From the NCBI GenBank assembly GCA_963662265.2, contig CAXXHA010000032.1, forward strand, positions 32,001 through 96,000: DNA of 64,000 nucleotides, written 5' to 3'. The stretch's first letter is position 1. Every line of letters begins with the position of its first letter. The position numbers were made by a program, and so were the translations under genes. The notes under the pieces are model-generated. The model was given only the letters and a program-made list of their open reading frames with translations. It was not told the DNA's origin and made no database searches. The stretch is from Spirochaetia bacterium. Its GTDB lineage: Bacteria; Spirochaetota; Spirochaetia; CADAEX01. This document shows, one piece after another, positions 20,919 to 30,019 of the stretch.

Positions 20919-20938
20919 CATGTGAATAAAATCACATG
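20919..20938. promoter_or_regulatory. Palindromic operator (CRP/FNR-family or Rex-like) upstream of PFOR
   Basis: CATGTGA-ATAAAA-TCACATG = TGTGA-N6-TCACA with perfect 7-bp arms. Confidence 0.6.
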
Positions 20939-20950
20939 ATCTTTATACTA

Positions 20951-20979
20951 TTGTCATTGAAATAGAATTTTTCTATAAT
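20951..20979 (+). promoter_or_regulatory. Sigma70 promoter of PFOR
   Basis: TTGTCA-N17-TATAAT; GAGGA RBS before ATG 21017. Confidence 0.75.
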
Positions 20980-21016
20980 AATGGCGAAAATATTCTTTAA
21001 AAGATGAGGAAAAATA

Positions 21017-24000
21017 ATGTCAGAAAAAAAATGGGTCACTATTGACGGTAATGCTGCTGCCGCGCATGTAGCATATGCTTTCAGTGAAGTGGCTGCTATC
21101 TATCCTATTACACCTTCTTCACCAATGGGTGAATATTCAGATGAATGGGCATCAAAAGGGATGAAAAACGTTTTCGGCAAGACTGTTGATGTAATTGAAA
21201 TGCAGTCAGAAGCCGGAGCTGCAGGTGCAGTACACGGATCATTAAGTGCTGGAGCTCTTACAACTACATTTACAGCATCACAGGGACTTTTCCTGATGAT
21301 TCCCAACATGCACAAAATTGCAGGGGAAATGCTTCCCACAGTATTCCACGTTTCTGCAAGATCTATCGCTGCTCAGTCTCTTTCAATCTTCGGAGACCAT
21401 TCAGATGTAATGGCTGTCAGAAATACAGGTTTCGCAATGACAGCTGCGGCTTCTATTCAGGAAACAATGGACCTCGCTCTTGTAGCTCATCTTTCTTCAC
21501 TCAAAGGTCAGATTCCTTTCCTGAGTTTCTTTGACGGATTCAGAACTTCTCATGAAATCCAGAAAGTAGAAGAAATTTCATTTGATACAATCAAGAGTCT
21601 TATTGAACCTGAATATATTGAAAGATTCAGAGACAGAGCTATGAGACCTGATAATCCTATCATCAAAGTAGGTGCTCAGAACCCGGATGTATACTTCCAG
21701 GGAAGAGAAACAGTCAACAAATACTATGATGATCTTCCTGCAATTGTTCAGGACTACATGAACAAGGTTGCAGAAGTAACAGGAAGAAAATATAATCTTT
21801 TCGATTATGTTGGTGCTCCTGATGCTGAAAAAGTTATCATTGCAATGGGCTCAGCATGCGATACAATCGACATGACAGTGAAATACCTTGTTGCAAAAGG
21901 TGAAAAAGTCGGAGCAATTAAAGTAAGACTCTACAGACCATTTTCTGTAGATGCTTTCATCGGCGCTGTTCCTGCAAGCTGTAAGAAAATTGCAGTTCTT
22001 GACAGAACAAAAGAACCGGGATCAATCGGTGAACCACTCTACCTTGATATTGTTACAGCACTTAACGGCAAAGGTATCAAAATCATCGGCGGTAGATACG
22101 GTCTCTCAAGTAAAGAGTTTACACCTTCAATGGTTAAAGCTGTATATGATCACCTTGACGGTGCAGCTTTCCACAACTTTACTGTCGGTATTGAAGATGA
22201 TGTTACAAACCTTTCACTTAAGGTTACTGAAGAAATCGATGTTTCTGCAGAAGATGTTATCAGCTGCATGTTCTGGGGACTCGGAGCTGACGGTACTGTA
22301 GGTGCAAACAAAAACTCAATTAAAATCATCGGTGGAAACACTGATATGAATGCTCAGGCATACTTTTCATATGACTCAAAGAAATCAGGTGGTGTAACAG
22401 TATCACACCTCAGATTCGGTAAGAGCACAGTGAACATGCCATGGCTTATCACAGATGCAGACTTTGTTGCATGTCACAACCCTGCATATATCGGAAGATA
22501 TGATATGCTCAGTCCTCTGAAAGAAGGGGGAGTGTTCCTTCTCAACTCAGAAATCGACAGTGCTGAAGTATTCAACCACCTTACAAAAGAAGAACAGCAG
22601 CTTATAATTGACAGAAAAATCAAGTTCTACAACATTGATGCTCTCAAGATTGCTGAAGCTTCAGGTCTCGGCGGAAGAATCAACACTGTAATGCAGGCAG
22701 CATTCTTTAAAATCTCAGGCATCCTTCCTGAAGATGAAGCTATCAAGCTTATCAAGGATGCAATCAAGAAAACTTTCATCAAAAAAGGTGAAGATATTGT
22801 AAAGATGAACTGGGCAGCTGTAGACAACACATCAGCAGCGCTTCAGAAAGTAGAAGTACCAGCATCAATTACAGAATCATACAAACCTGCTGAACTGATC
22901 TGTGAATCTGAAGGTACATTTGCCAAAAAAATAATTGAACCTATCATGCATCAGAAAGGTGATGATATTCCTGTTTCAGCTATGTCATTTGACGGAACTA
23001 TTCCTTCAGGAACAACAAAACTTGAAAAACGGGGTGTTGCACCCAGAGTTCCAAAATGGGTTTCAGACAACTGTATTCAGTGTAACCAGTGTGTTATGGC
23101 ATGTCCTCATGCAGTAGTAAGAGCTAAACAGGTTGCTCCTGCAGATCTTAAAGACAAACCTGCATGCTTTGAAACAATAAAATCAAACACTAAAAATGAA
23201 AAAGATCTTGAATACAGACTTCAGGTTTATATCGAAGACTGTACAGGATGCGGTGTCTGTGTAGATGTATGTCCAGGCAAAAAACAGCAGAAAGCACTCG
23301 AGTTCAGTACTCTTGAAGCAGAAAGAGAAGCTGGACAGAATGAGGCAGTTTGTTTCTTCGAAGGACTTCCAAACAATGTTCTGGACGGCGCTGCAGAAAC
23401 TAATGTTAAAGGCATCGGTTTCAAACAGCCTCTCTTCGAGTTCTCAGGAGCCTGCGCAGGATGCGGTGAAACACCTTATGTTAAACTTGCAACTCAGGTT
23501 TGCGGTGAAAACATGGTTGTTGCAAATGCTACCGGCTGTTCATCAATCTACGGCGGTACTTTCCCGACAATTCCATACTGCAAAGATGACAGAGGAAGAG
23601 GACCTACATGGGGTAACTCACTGTTTGAAGATAATGCTGAATACGGTTTCGGTATGAGACTTGCTGTTGACAGCAACAGAAAACTTCTTAAAGTAAAAGT
23701 CGACAATGTAATGAAAGCAGGAATCAATGCAGATCTTAAAGCTGCGCTTGATAAATGTGTTTCACTCTGGGACAAAAAAGATGCAGAAGCAATTGCTGCA
23801 CAGACTGCTGTCGGCAAACTTCTCCCTGCTGCAGTTGATGCTGCTTCTGGCGAAGTTAAGGAAGACCTCAGAAAAATCCTTGAACTCAAAGACTATTTTA
23901 TAGACAAGAGTGTATGGATCCTCGGTGGTGACGGATGGGCATACGACATCGGATACGGTGGTGTTGACCATGTTGTTGCTTCCGGCAAAAACGTTAATAT

Positions 24001-24544
24001 CCTTGTTCTTGATACAGAGGTTTACTCTAACACTGGCGGACAGGCTTCTAAAGCTACACCTATCGGTGCGGTTGCCAAGTTTGCCAACGCTGGCATGAGA
24101 CTCGGCAAGAAAAACCTCGGCTTCATGTGTATGAGCTATGGTTACGTTTATGTTGCATCTGTAGCTATGGGAGCAAACAGGGCACAGACAATCAAGGCAT
24201 TCAGGGAAGCTGAAGCTTACAACGGACCTTCAATCATTATGGCTTACTCACCATGTATTGCACACGGTATTGATATGTCAAAGACTCAGAATGAGCAGAA
24301 GAGAGCTGTTGAAGCTGGCTACTGGCCTCTCTACAGATATAATCCTGAAGCACCTGAAGGTGAAAAATTCACCTGGGAAACCAGAGAACCTAAGGAAAGC
24401 TTCCAGGACTTCATCAGAAGTGAAAGAAGATATACAGCTCTTCTTAAAACAGCTCCTGAAGAAGCAGAAAAACTTTTTGCAGAAGCAGAAGTTGATGCGA
24501 AAAGAAGAATGGATTTCTACAAAAATCTCGGCGGCTTAATGTAA
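21017..24544 (+). CDS. nifJ: Pyruvate:ferredoxin (flavodoxin) oxidoreductase, single-chain
   Basis: YPITPS, MQSEAGAAGAVHG, two CxxCxxCxxxCP ferredoxin motifs, GACAGCGE, TPP motif GGDGWAYDIG. Confidence 0.96.
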   Translation: MSEKKWVTIDGNAAAAHVAYAFSEVAAIYPITPSSPMGEYSDEWASKGMKNVFGKTVDVIEMQSEAGAAGAVHGSLSAGALTTTFTASQGLFLMIPNMHKIAGEMLPTVFHVSARSIAAQSLSIFGDHSDVMAVRNTGFAMTAAASIQETMDLALVAHLSSLKGQIPFLSFFDGFRTSHEIQKVEEISFDTIKSLIEPEYIERFRDRAMRPDNPIIKVGAQNPDVYFQGRETVNKYYDDLPAIVQDYMNKVAEVTGRKYNLFDYVGAPDAEKVIIAMGSACDTIDMTVKYLVAKGEKVGAIKVRLYRPFSVDAFIGAVPASCKKIAVLDRTKEPGSIGEPLYLDIVTALNGKGIKIIGGRYGLSSKEFTPSMVKAVYDHLDGAAFHNFTVGIEDDVTNLSLKVTEEIDVSAEDVISCMFWGLGADGTVGANKNSIKIIGGNTDMNAQAYFSYDSKKSGGVTVSHLRFGKSTVNMPWLITDADFVACHNPAYIGRYDMLSPLKEGGVFLLNSEIDSAEVFNHLTKEEQQLIIDRKIKFYNIDALKIAEASGLGGRINTVMQAAFFKISGILPEDEAIKLIKDAIKKTFIKKGEDIVKMNWAAVDNTSAALQKVEVPASITESYKPAELICESEGTFAKKIIEPIMHQKGDDIPVSAMSFDGTIPSGTTKLEKRGVAPRVPKWVSDNCIQCNQCVMACPHAVVRAKQVAPADLKDKPACFETIKSNTKNEKDLEYRLQVYIEDCTGCGVCVDVCPGKKQQKALEFSTLEAEREAGQNEAVCFFEGLPNNVLDGAAETNVKGIGFKQPLFEFSGACAGCGETPYVKLATQVCGENMVVANATGCSSIYGGTFPTIPYCKDDRGRGPTWGNSLFEDNAEYGFGMRLAVDSNRKLLKVKVDNVMKAGINADLKAALDKCVSLWDKKDAEAIAAQTAVGKLLPAAVDAASGEVKEDLRKILELKDYFIDKSVWILGGDGWAYDIGYGGVDHVVASGKNVNILVLDTEVYSNTGGQASKATPIGAVAKFANAGMRLGKKNLGFMCMSYGYVYVASVAMGANRAQTIKAFREAEAYNGPSIIMAYSPCIAHGIDMSKTQNEQKRAVEAGYWPLYRYNPEAPEGEKFTWETREPKESFQDFIRSERRYTALLKTAPEEAEKLFAEAEVDAKRRMDFYKNLGGLM

Positions 24545-24639
24545 TTTTAAGTACAACCTGTTGTTTTATTCAGGTTTAACCGGGATTCAGCGGATACTGC
24601 ATAGTCAGCTTCCGCTGAAATATTCCATAATAATTACAG

Positions 24640-24674
24640 GGGTATCTGCAAGTTTCATGCAGATACCCTTTTTT
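24640..24674 (+). terminator. Intrinsic terminator after PFOR
   Basis: GGGTATCTGCA/TGCAGATACCC 11-bp stem plus T-tract. Confidence 0.85.
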
Positions 24675-24831
24675 ATTTGTTATTATTTATCAGGTGTAAT
24701 TCCTTCATACACAGTTTTGGAAAATAAATCAGGTATATCTGGGTAAAAAACTCTTTATTCAAATCAAATTACAGGTACCACGGTATTTTGATTTGACAAA
24801 GGCAAATATAGTAATAATAATATATTTGACA

Positions 24832-26730
24832 ATGAAATTTATATCAAAGATATCCGGATTGAAATATTTTTACAGAACTCTTGCACCTGTTCTTGTAACA
24901 TTTATAATTTTCATCTATATAATCTTTTTTACCATAGTACCCTCATTCAAAAATTTCATGATTGAACAGAAGAAATACTTTCTCAAGAACATAATATCAA
25001 CTTCTTGGCATATTATAGATAATGCCTATGATAAATATCTTAACGGGCTTATTTCAGAAAATGATGCAAAAACAGAAATTATAAAAACAATAGAATCACT
25101 GCGATACGGACCGGAAATGAAAGAGTACTTCTGGATATCAAACATGGATACAATACTCATTGCACACCCCTATCGAAAGGATCTTGTTGATATTGAAACA
25201 AACAAGCTGATAACACCGGAATCCATACAGCTTTTTGAAGAGTTTGTTAAGGTTACTGAAGAAACCGGTGAGAATTTTCATTTTTACAACTGGCAGTTTT
25301 ACGGAGATAGCAGCAACATACAGCCGAAGATAGCATACCTTAAACGGTTCAAACCCTGGGGCTGGATAATAGGAACAGGGCTTTATATGGATGACATTGA
25401 CATGGAATTAAAAACAAGGATAAGTGATGTAGTTTTTATCCTTCTGATTTCAACAATAATAATAATATCAATGTCAATGTATTCCGCATTTCAGACATAT
25501 AAGGCCAATAAAAACCTTGTATTTGAGGAACTTAAACTGCAGGGGATCTTCAACAATTCACCTCATTTCATAGGACTTCTGAATACAGACGGTTCATTTG
25601 CAAAGGCAAACAGGACATCAATAGATTTCTTTGAGCTTGGAAACTACGAATCCGAAAATACAAAAATATGGGATATCCTGGAATCCTTCAATGATAAAAA
25701 CACAGATCTTCTCAAAAGCATATTTCTCGAATGCTTAAACGGAGAAAGAAGGAAGTATAAAACTGAATTAATAAAGAACAATAATAAAGTCTATCTTGAT
25801 ATTTTCATACAGCCTGTTTCCCTGAGTGACAGATTCATTAAATATCTCCTGATTGAAGGCAACGATATCACGGAACTTGTAAATGCCCATAATACACTGA
25901 TTGAAATGAATAATGAGCTTGAAAGAATTGTCAAGCGTAGAACAGAAAAACTTGAAAAATCACTCAAAGATCTTCAGACAGCCCAGGATGAACTGGTTGA
26001 ATCAGAAAAACTCGCATCTCTTGGAAACCTCGTTGCCGGGGTAGCTCACGAAATAAACACTCCTCTGGGTATCACATATACCAATATAACTTATATAAAT
26101 GAAAAACTGCACGACCTCAATGATATGTACAGGGAAAACCGCCTTTCAAAAACTTTCTTTGAGGAAAATCTGAGCGTAATAATTGAAGCGCTTTCAGGAG
26201 CAATTCACAATATCGACAGGTCAAGTAAGCTTATTAAAAGCTTTAAAAATGTTGCTGTTGACCAGATTGTTGAGGAAAAGAGGGATTTCAACATCAAGGA
26301 ATACCTCAATGAGGTAATCATGAGTATCCGCCCTACCCTGAAGGGAACTAATTATAAAATCAATTTCGATCCAGAAGGGCAGCTTATGATCAATTCATAT
26401 CCGGGTATTTTTCTCCAGATAATAAATAATCTCATCAATAATTCAATTCAGCATGGTTTTGAAGGAAGAAATGAAGGAAATATTTATATTGCTGTTGAAG
26501 AAAATGATGATAAAATAATAATAAATTATTCCGATGACGGCATAGGAATGGAAATTGAGCAGCTTAGCAGGATATTCGAACCTTTTTTCACCACAAAGAG
26601 AGGCAGGGGCGGAGCCGGACTCGGCATGAATATAGTGTACAATCTTGTGACAAAACGTCTGGAGGGGGTTATCACCTGTAAAAGTAATAAAAGCAGCGGA
26701 ACTGTTTTTATAATCACTTTTCCAAAATAA
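24832..26730 (+). CDS. Membrane sensor histidine kinase (single Cache_2, PAS, HisKA, HATPase)
   Basis: Two TM helices around a YFWI..AHP..WGWIIGTG Cache domain; GVAHEINTP; N-box, DDGIG, FFTTK, GAGLGM. Confidence 0.88.
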   Translation: MKFISKISGLKYFYRTLAPVLVTFIIFIYIIFFTIVPSFKNFMIEQKKYFLKNIISTSWHIIDNAYDKYLNGLISENDAKTEIIKTIESLRYGPEMKEYFWISNMDTILIAHPYRKDLVDIETNKLITPESIQLFEEFVKVTEETGENFHFYNWQFYGDSSNIQPKIAYLKRFKPWGWIIGTGLYMDDIDMELKTRISDVVFILLISTIIIISMSMYSAFQTYKANKNLVFEELKLQGIFNNSPHFIGLLNTDGSFAKANRTSIDFFELGNYESENTKIWDILESFNDKNTDLLKSIFLECLNGERRKYKTELIKNNNKVYLDIFIQPVSLSDRFIKYLLIEGNDITELVNAHNTLIEMNNELERIVKRRTEKLEKSLKDLQTAQDELVESEKLASLGNLVAGVAHEINTPLGITYTNITYINEKLHDLNDMYRENRLSKTFFEENLSVIIEALSGAIHNIDRSSKLIKSFKNVAVDQIVEEKRDFNIKEYLNEVIMSIRPTLKGTNYKINFDPEGQLMINSYPGIFLQIINNLINNSIQHGFEGRNEGNIYIAVEENDDKIIINYSDDGIGMEIEQLSRIFEPFFTTKRGRGGAGLGMNIVYNLVTKRLEGVITCKSNKSSGTVFIITFPK

Positions 26731-26736
26731 ACAATT

Positions 26737-28329
26737 ATGCAGCATATTAAGAAGAATGAATTATTAAATAAAGAAACTGATAAAAAAGATTCTGATCTGC
26801 TTTTCAATGACAACGAATCAATACCTGGTGATTCAGAGGCCATAGAAAAATCTTTACATATTTCTAAACCCTGGAAAGTAATAATTGCAGATGATGATAT
26901 ACAGGTACATTCATCAACCCGTATCGTCCTCAGCGATCTGATTTATGATGACAGGAAAATTAATTTTATCAGCGCTTATTCAGCCTCTGAACTGGTAGAT
27001 GTGCTGAAAGATAATCCGGATGCAGCAGTAGTGCTTCTTGATGTAGTCATGGAAAGTACTTCAGCCGGCCTCGATATAATTAAAGTAATCAGGGAGGAAC
27101 TGAAAAATACAAATATAAGAATAATCCTGAGAACAGGCCAGCCCGGCCATGCTCCTGAAAAAAAAGTTGTAATGGAATATGATATAAATGACTACAAGGA
27201 AAAAAACGAACTTACTTCCCAGAAACTGTTCACAACTGTTTACTCAGCTTTACGGGCATACAAAGATATTGTTGCAGTAAAAAAAGGGAGAGAAGCGGTC
27301 CGCTTTATACTTGATGCATCCGATGACCTTGTAAAGACCAGATCAGTTAATAAAATGGCGGATAAATCACTCGAGTTCATACATGATCTTGCCCAACTAC
27401 TGGATTCTGAAAATATACCTGTCAAGAGTTTTTCAGCACTGCTGCAGGAGGATAAAATCAATATTCTTTCCAAAAAGGGTGATTTAACTGAAACAGATGA
27501 GATATCAGACAGCAATTCAGATATATATAATAAATTAATAAATTATTCACATCAGAGAAAACACTATTTTGAAGACCAGAGCAGTTCATACCTCATATCG
27601 CCTGCCCAGTTTAAAAAACACCTGATTTATCTGAAAGATTTCAAACCGGAGTCTTTAGATGAAAAACAGCTCCTTACACTGATAAATGAAAAAATCGGAA
27701 TTGCTTTTGAAAATCTTTTCCTCAATAATGAAATAATAAACACCCAGATAGAACTTATCCAGGTTCTTGGTGAAATAATCGAAAACAGATCCCATGAAAC
27801 AGCTTATCATGTTACAAGAGTAAGTAAAATGACAGAAATAATAATGAAAAAGATGGGATTCTCTGATGAAGATACAGAAAGATATTCTCATGCATCCCCC
27901 CTGCATGATGTTGGAAAAATTGGGATACCGGATTCAATCCTCCTCAAACCCGGTAAACTTACTGATATAGAATTTGATAAAATAAAGACCCATACAAGTA
28001 TAGGCTACAAGCTTCTTTCCAGTTCATCCAAAGAACTCTTGAAAACTGCTGCCCTGATTGCTCTGCAGCATCATGAAAAATGGAACGGAAAAGGATATCC
28101 GAACGGCTTGAAAAAGAATGAAATAGACAGGGTATCCAGGATAGTAAGCCTTGTAGATGTATTTGATGCTCTTTCAAATGACAGGATCTACAAGAAAGCC
28201 TGGGAGACAGGCAAAGTTCTGCAGTATATCGAAGATGAAAAGGAGATAAGTTTCGATCCTGAAGTAGTTGAAACCTTTTTCAGCAACTGGGAAGAAATAA
28301 AAGATATAATCGCTGTCTATAAAGATTAA
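26737..28329 (+). CDS. Response regulator with REC, DUF3369-like linker and HD-GYP phosphodiesterase domain
   Basis: IADDD, LLDVVME, ILRTGQPG; HDVGKIG, HHEKWNGKGYP, DVFDAL. Confidence 0.9.
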   Translation: MQHIKKNELLNKETDKKDSDLLFNDNESIPGDSEAIEKSLHISKPWKVIIADDDIQVHSSTRIVLSDLIYDDRKINFISAYSASELVDVLKDNPDAAVVLLDVVMESTSAGLDIIKVIREELKNTNIRIILRTGQPGHAPEKKVVMEYDINDYKEKNELTSQKLFTTVYSALRAYKDIVAVKKGREAVRFILDASDDLVKTRSVNKMADKSLEFIHDLAQLLDSENIPVKSFSALLQEDKINILSKKGDLTETDEISDSNSDIYNKLINYSHQRKHYFEDQSSSYLISPAQFKKHLIYLKDFKPESLDEKQLLTLINEKIGIAFENLFLNNEIINTQIELIQVLGEIIENRSHETAYHVTRVSKMTEIIMKKMGFSDEDTERYSHASPLHDVGKIGIPDSILLKPGKLTDIEFDKIKTHTSIGYKLLSSSSKELLKTAALIALQHHEKWNGKGYPNGLKKNEIDRVSRIVSLVDVFDALSNDRIYKKAWETGKVLQYIEDEKEISFDPEVVETFFSNWEEIKDIIAVYKD

Positions 28330-28547
28330 TTAACCTTTTTCAGCTATATTTACCTTTATACCGCTATTTTTCCTGATAAATTACCATATTTACTCTTTTT
28401 AAGTTATTTTAACCTAATTTATTACCTATCTATCATTATAAATACTGCAGAAATCAAGATTTTTCATACTTTTTTCCGCTTTGTCTGATATTCTGTTATT
28501 GCATATTTTCAGATTATGTTTAATAATATCCTCAGGAGGAGATAACA

Positions 28548-29726
28548 ATGTTAGAGAATGTATGGAGACGATTACAGGCGTTAAACCCGGAAACAGAAAT
28601 CTGGTGGGATTCTTCCCCGCTTGTATGGCCTAACTTTGTAAACGACTATCAGAAAAAACTTCCTGAAGCTGACAGAAAATGGTTTGTTGATGAACTCAAC
28701 AGCATGTTTCTCGATGCACCGGTAGAAAACTGGATTTTCAAGGGATGTACAACAAACCCTCCCCTTTCATGGGCAGTACTTCAGCAGAGAACTGATGAAT
28801 GGGTTGAAATCATCAAAAATATCAGAAAAAGCTACAAGGGAAGATCACAGTACGGTCTTTTCAGAGAAGTTTATAAGGAAAATATTAAAAGAGGTGCGGA
28901 AAAATTTCTGCCGCTTTTCGAAGCGTCAAACGGAAAACTCGGTCATATTTCAGGCCAGGTAGATCCCAACCTTATTAAAGACAAAGCAGCAATGATTGAA
29001 ATGGCTGAAGAACTTGCAGATCTTGGACCAAACGTGATGATCAAGGTTTCAGCATCAACACAGGGTATTCCTGTATTCAAACACCTCGCATCAAAAGGTA
29101 TTGCTACAAACGCGACAACATGTTTCAACCTTCCCCAGATTATGGCAGTTGCAAATGCTGTTACTGAAGGTATCAGGGAACACAGAAAAAGCGGTAGCGA
29201 AAGACATGGATGGAGAGCAGTAATTACCCAGATGTCTGGCCGATTCGAAGATTCTGCAGCATTCAGAGGATATATCAACAAAAACAACATGGATATCAGT
29301 CCTCTCGAACTCAGAGAAGCATCAAATGCTGTTGTCAAGAAGTGCGCAAAACTGATTGAAAGAGATAATCTTGAAGCCAAGATTCTTTTCTGTTCAGCAA
29401 GAAAGCATGTAGATTTCGAAGGTAATGTATTTTACCCTCACTTTGATATGTTTGCCGGAGGACCTGTTGTTTATACATGTCCACCTCCAATGATCGGTGA
29501 TATTCTCTACCACTACAGGAACAGAGAAATCACTCCTCAGTGGGACAGACAGACTTCAGATGATGTATTGAAAAAACTCTACCAGGTTCCTTTCTTCGTG
29601 GAAGGATATGAAGAAGACGGTTATGCTGTTGAACAGTTCAATGAAATTGTATCACTCAAAGAAAATGCAGCCCTCTTTTCACAGGCTACAAATGATATGA
29701 TCGATTTCGTAGGGAAATTTGTTTAA
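28548..29726 (+). CDS. Divergent transaldolase-family (Schiff-base aldolase fold) protein
   Basis: WWDS, GCTTNPPL, SGQVDP, VMIKV (Schiff-base Lys), NATTCF; AGGAGG RBS. Confidence 0.75.
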   Translation: MLENVWRRLQALNPETEIWWDSSPLVWPNFVNDYQKKLPEADRKWFVDELNSMFLDAPVENWIFKGCTTNPPLSWAVLQQRTDEWVEIIKNIRKSYKGRSQYGLFREVYKENIKRGAEKFLPLFEASNGKLGHISGQVDPNLIKDKAAMIEMAEELADLGPNVMIKVSASTQGIPVFKHLASKGIATNATTCFNLPQIMAVANAVTEGIREHRKSGSERHGWRAVITQMSGRFEDSAAFRGYINKNNMDISPLELREASNAVVKKCAKLIERDNLEAKILFCSARKHVDFEGNVFYPHFDMFAGGPVVYTCPPPMIGDILYHYRNREITPQWDRQTSDDVLKKLYQVPFFVEGYEEDGYAVEQFNEIVSLKENAALFSQATNDMIDFVGKFV

Positions 29727-29747
29727 TATTTGCTTTCTTTTTAAGAC

Positions 29748-29777
29748 AAGGGCTGTCATTACCGGCAGCCCTTTTTT
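29748..29777 (+). terminator. Intrinsic terminator after transaldolase-family gene
   Basis: AGGGCTG...CAGCCCT stem plus T-tract. Confidence 0.75.
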
Positions 29778-30019
29778 ATTCCCAATATATGTTTATTACA
29801 GCACAAAAGTGTAATCTATCATGAATATTTAAATAATTTATATCCATAATCCTGCTTTAACTTATATTACGCAAACTTGCTGATTTAACATTTCAGTATT
29901 ATAATAGATAATTAAGTGTGTAATTTAATAATTAACATTTGAATCTACAACCATATTTCTTATTATTAAATTCTTTTTTAACCGATCCATGAAAATACAA
30001 AAAAACGCAGGAGAAATCC

